From Candidatus Thorarchaeota archaeon (GTDB lineage: Archaea > Asgardarchaeota > Thorarchaeia > Thorarchaeales > Thorarchaeaceae): DNA of 35,933 nt. The stretch is taken from contig PRDI01000114.1 in NCBI GenBank assembly GCA_003345595.1, positions 1 through 35,933 of the forward strand, read 5' to 3'. The notes below the pieces were generated by a model, which had not been told where the DNA came from, made no database searches, and saw nothing but the letters and a program-made list of their open reading frames with translations. Within the stretch, counting starts at the first letter, position 1. Every line of letters starts with the position of its first letter. Below are positions 34,384 to 35,933 of the stretch, in pieces. The position numbers were made by a program, and so were the translations under genes.

Positions 34384-35457
34384 ATGATGAGAAGAGTTGA
34401 GGTACTCGTCGTTGTATCCCTGCTACTTGCTCCAATCGTCATTGCTCGAGTCCCAATGGAAGCGGGGGCCCGCAGCCAATCTGTCTTGAGGGTCGTCTGC
34501 TCGTTAGCGCCACTTGCTGGAATAGTGGCTAGGGTAGGAGGAATATACGTAGAAACCTCAGTCATACTGCCAGAGGGAGCTGACCCTCATTCGTGGCAGC
34601 TGACCACTGATGCGTTGAACGCGGCGAGCACTGCCGACGTGCTCGCATTTACAGGCCATTTTCCATGGGAGTCTGACCTTGCCAGCCAGACGGGAAAACC
34701 CTTCATCAGTTTCGATGACCAAGGTGCAATTGCCCGGTATGCTGACTTCGGAGCAGCACTCTCCCCTATGCCAGGAGCAGGCACAAGTGGAAATACGACT
34801 GTCCAAAACCAAGAGCAGGGAAATCCCCACGGCTACTGGCTGCTGCCAAAGAACGCCAAGGCCATAGCAAATGCTACGCGGGCAGCACTGACAATCGTCA
34901 ACTCGACCATGTCTGAAGCCCTGAGTACTAACCTTGCCGAGTTCATTCGGGACGTAGAGGCTTTTGAGAACCTCATCACCACGAAAGACGCGGTCTATCA
35001 TTTCGCGGGTATGCATGCCGTGGCAGTGTTCCCCGAGGAAACATATGTAGCGGAAACGTTTGGCATTGAGTGTGACGCCGTTCTCCAAGTTGAGGGGGTA
35101 TTCATAACGGGTGGCGAGCTTCTGGCAGTCCAAGGTGCCCTTCAGAATGGCACTATTCAGTTGATCGTGGGATCGGACGTGGCTCGTCTGCAGAGCGGTG
35201 GCCAGTTCGCAGATCAGATGGCGAAGGACTATGGTGGGACTCTAATGTGGTGGAACACCATTTTCTTCTCAGGACTCTCTGACTATCTTTCACTCATGAC
35301 ATACAATCTTGGAGTCCTCACCTCAGCCCTTGATCTCAAAGGGAGCAGTGGATTGAGTGCCCCAATGAACCTAGCATTAGCTGTGTTGTCGGGGCTGCTT
35401 GCAACAATCGTTGTGATCGAGACTGTGCTTCTGATCCAACGTGCCAGAGCTGAGTAG
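34384..35457 (+). CDS. Metal ABC transporter substrate-binding protein (ZnuA/TroA family) with C-terminal TM anchor
   Basis: Signal peptide, ILPEGADPHSWQLT, NPHGYWL, YLSLMTYN, and a C-terminal hydrophobic helix. Confidence 0.9.
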   Translation: MMRRVEVLVVVSLLLAPIVIARVPMEAGARSQSVLRVVCSLAPLAGIVARVGGIYVETSVILPEGADPHSWQLTTDALNAASTADVLAFTGHFPWESDLASQTGKPFISFDDQGAIARYADFGAALSPMPGAGTSGNTTVQNQEQGNPHGYWLLPKNAKAIANATRAALTIVNSTMSEALSTNLAEFIRDVEAFENLITTKDAVYHFAGMHAVAVFPEETYVAETFGIECDAVLQVEGVFITGGELLAVQGALQNGTIQLIVGSDVARLQSGGQFADQMAKDYGGTLMWWNTIFFSGLSDYLSLMTYNLGVLTSALDLKGSSGLSAPMNLALAVLSGLLATIVVIETVLLIQRARAE

Positions 35458-35474
35458 AATGATCAGAGTTTCAC

Positions 35475-35798
35475 TCACTCTCTTATGCTCGTCCCAAGGC
35501 GCATATTGTACACCTTGAACTCGAGCTCCGTGAGTTCATCCTGAATTATCTTGTACCTCTTCTCGAACTCCTCTGTGCTGATAGTCCCGGCCTTCTTCTC
35601 TCGCACTAGCGCTTTCAGGGCCCTCTGACGCTCCTGAATCCTCTTCTTCAGGTCCTCCCACGCTTCTCGGTTCTCAGACATTGTTTCTCCCCAGCTCTGG
35701 CTCGCGCCTGGTTCCTGATCGAGCTGGTGGACCACTTCGTCAAGAGACCTCTTGATCTTCTCAGGATTCTTCTCCTTCTTGGGGCCCGTTTCACTCAT
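35475..35798 (-). CDS. Small coiled-coil hypothetical protein with SHOCT-like motif
   Basis: Heptad-rich helical hairpin with KKAGTISTEEFEKRY. Confidence 0.75.
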   Translation of the reverse strand: MSETGPKKEKNPEKIKRSLDEVVHQLDQEPGASQSWGETMSENREAWEDLKKRIQERQRALKALVREKKAGTISTEEFEKRYKIIQDELTELEFKVYNMRLGTSIRE

Positions 35799-35933
35799 TC
35801 TGGTCACCAACGAGAACCAGACGACGACATCGTGATATATGCCTTAGGATGAGAAACAGAGTTGAAGAACCCCGGATTCAGCATGCGGTCTGGACCCTAT
35901 GCAAGTAGAACGGGCAGTAGAGGCATCACAGGC

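Noticed and set aside
35811-35933. Possible gene start at the right edge
   Set aside because: One frame stays open, but it is too short and lacks a clear RBS or motif.
1-35933. CRISPR arrays, IS elements, integrases, prophage genes, rRNA/tRNA
   Set aside because: No regularly spaced repeats, transposase/integrase motifs or cloverleaf sequences were seen by manual reading.

Overview
Gene-dense archaeal chromosomal segment of roughly 53% GC (estimated by eye). It is most consistent with an Asgard archaeon, probably Thorarchaeia-like. That assignment is an inference from gene content and protein style, not a computed phylogeny. Left end (0.2-4.7 kb): an RNase III-domain gene converges on a two-gene unit made of a small Cys-rich protein carrying a primase-large-subunit (PriL)-type Fe-S motif and a SAMHD1-like HD hydrolase. 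Next come a signal-less FG-GAP/ITFG2/BBS2-like seven-bladed beta-propeller and a hypothetical protein. These are followed by lipid/sugar-nucleotide genes, t6A-related genes (Sua5/TsaC, THUMP, Cgi121), a purine phosphoribosyltransferase, a dispersed histidine-utilisation set (hutI, hutH, long-type hutU), small membrane and Zn-ribbon proteins, two DinB proteins and a P-type ATPase. From 21.9 to 31.4 kb lies the conserved archaeal proteasome/exosome superoperon on the minus strand (psmA-SBDS-rrp4-rrp41-rrp42-rpl37ae-Brix-pcc1-pfdB-DUF3194-DHH), lacking rpoP and extended by ecfA-ecfA-ecfT. The right end holds a NikR-like regulator with a Zn/Mn-type ABC importer. No rRNA, tRNA, CRISPR array or mobile element was found. 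The best leads are the stand-alone PriL-CTD-like Fe-S protein coupled to a dNTPase-like enzyme beside an RNase III, the eukaryote-like cytoplasmic propeller, a three-way-junction RNA upstream of rpl37ae, an alpha7-like proteasome gate, and a 7-16-7 NikR-type operator.
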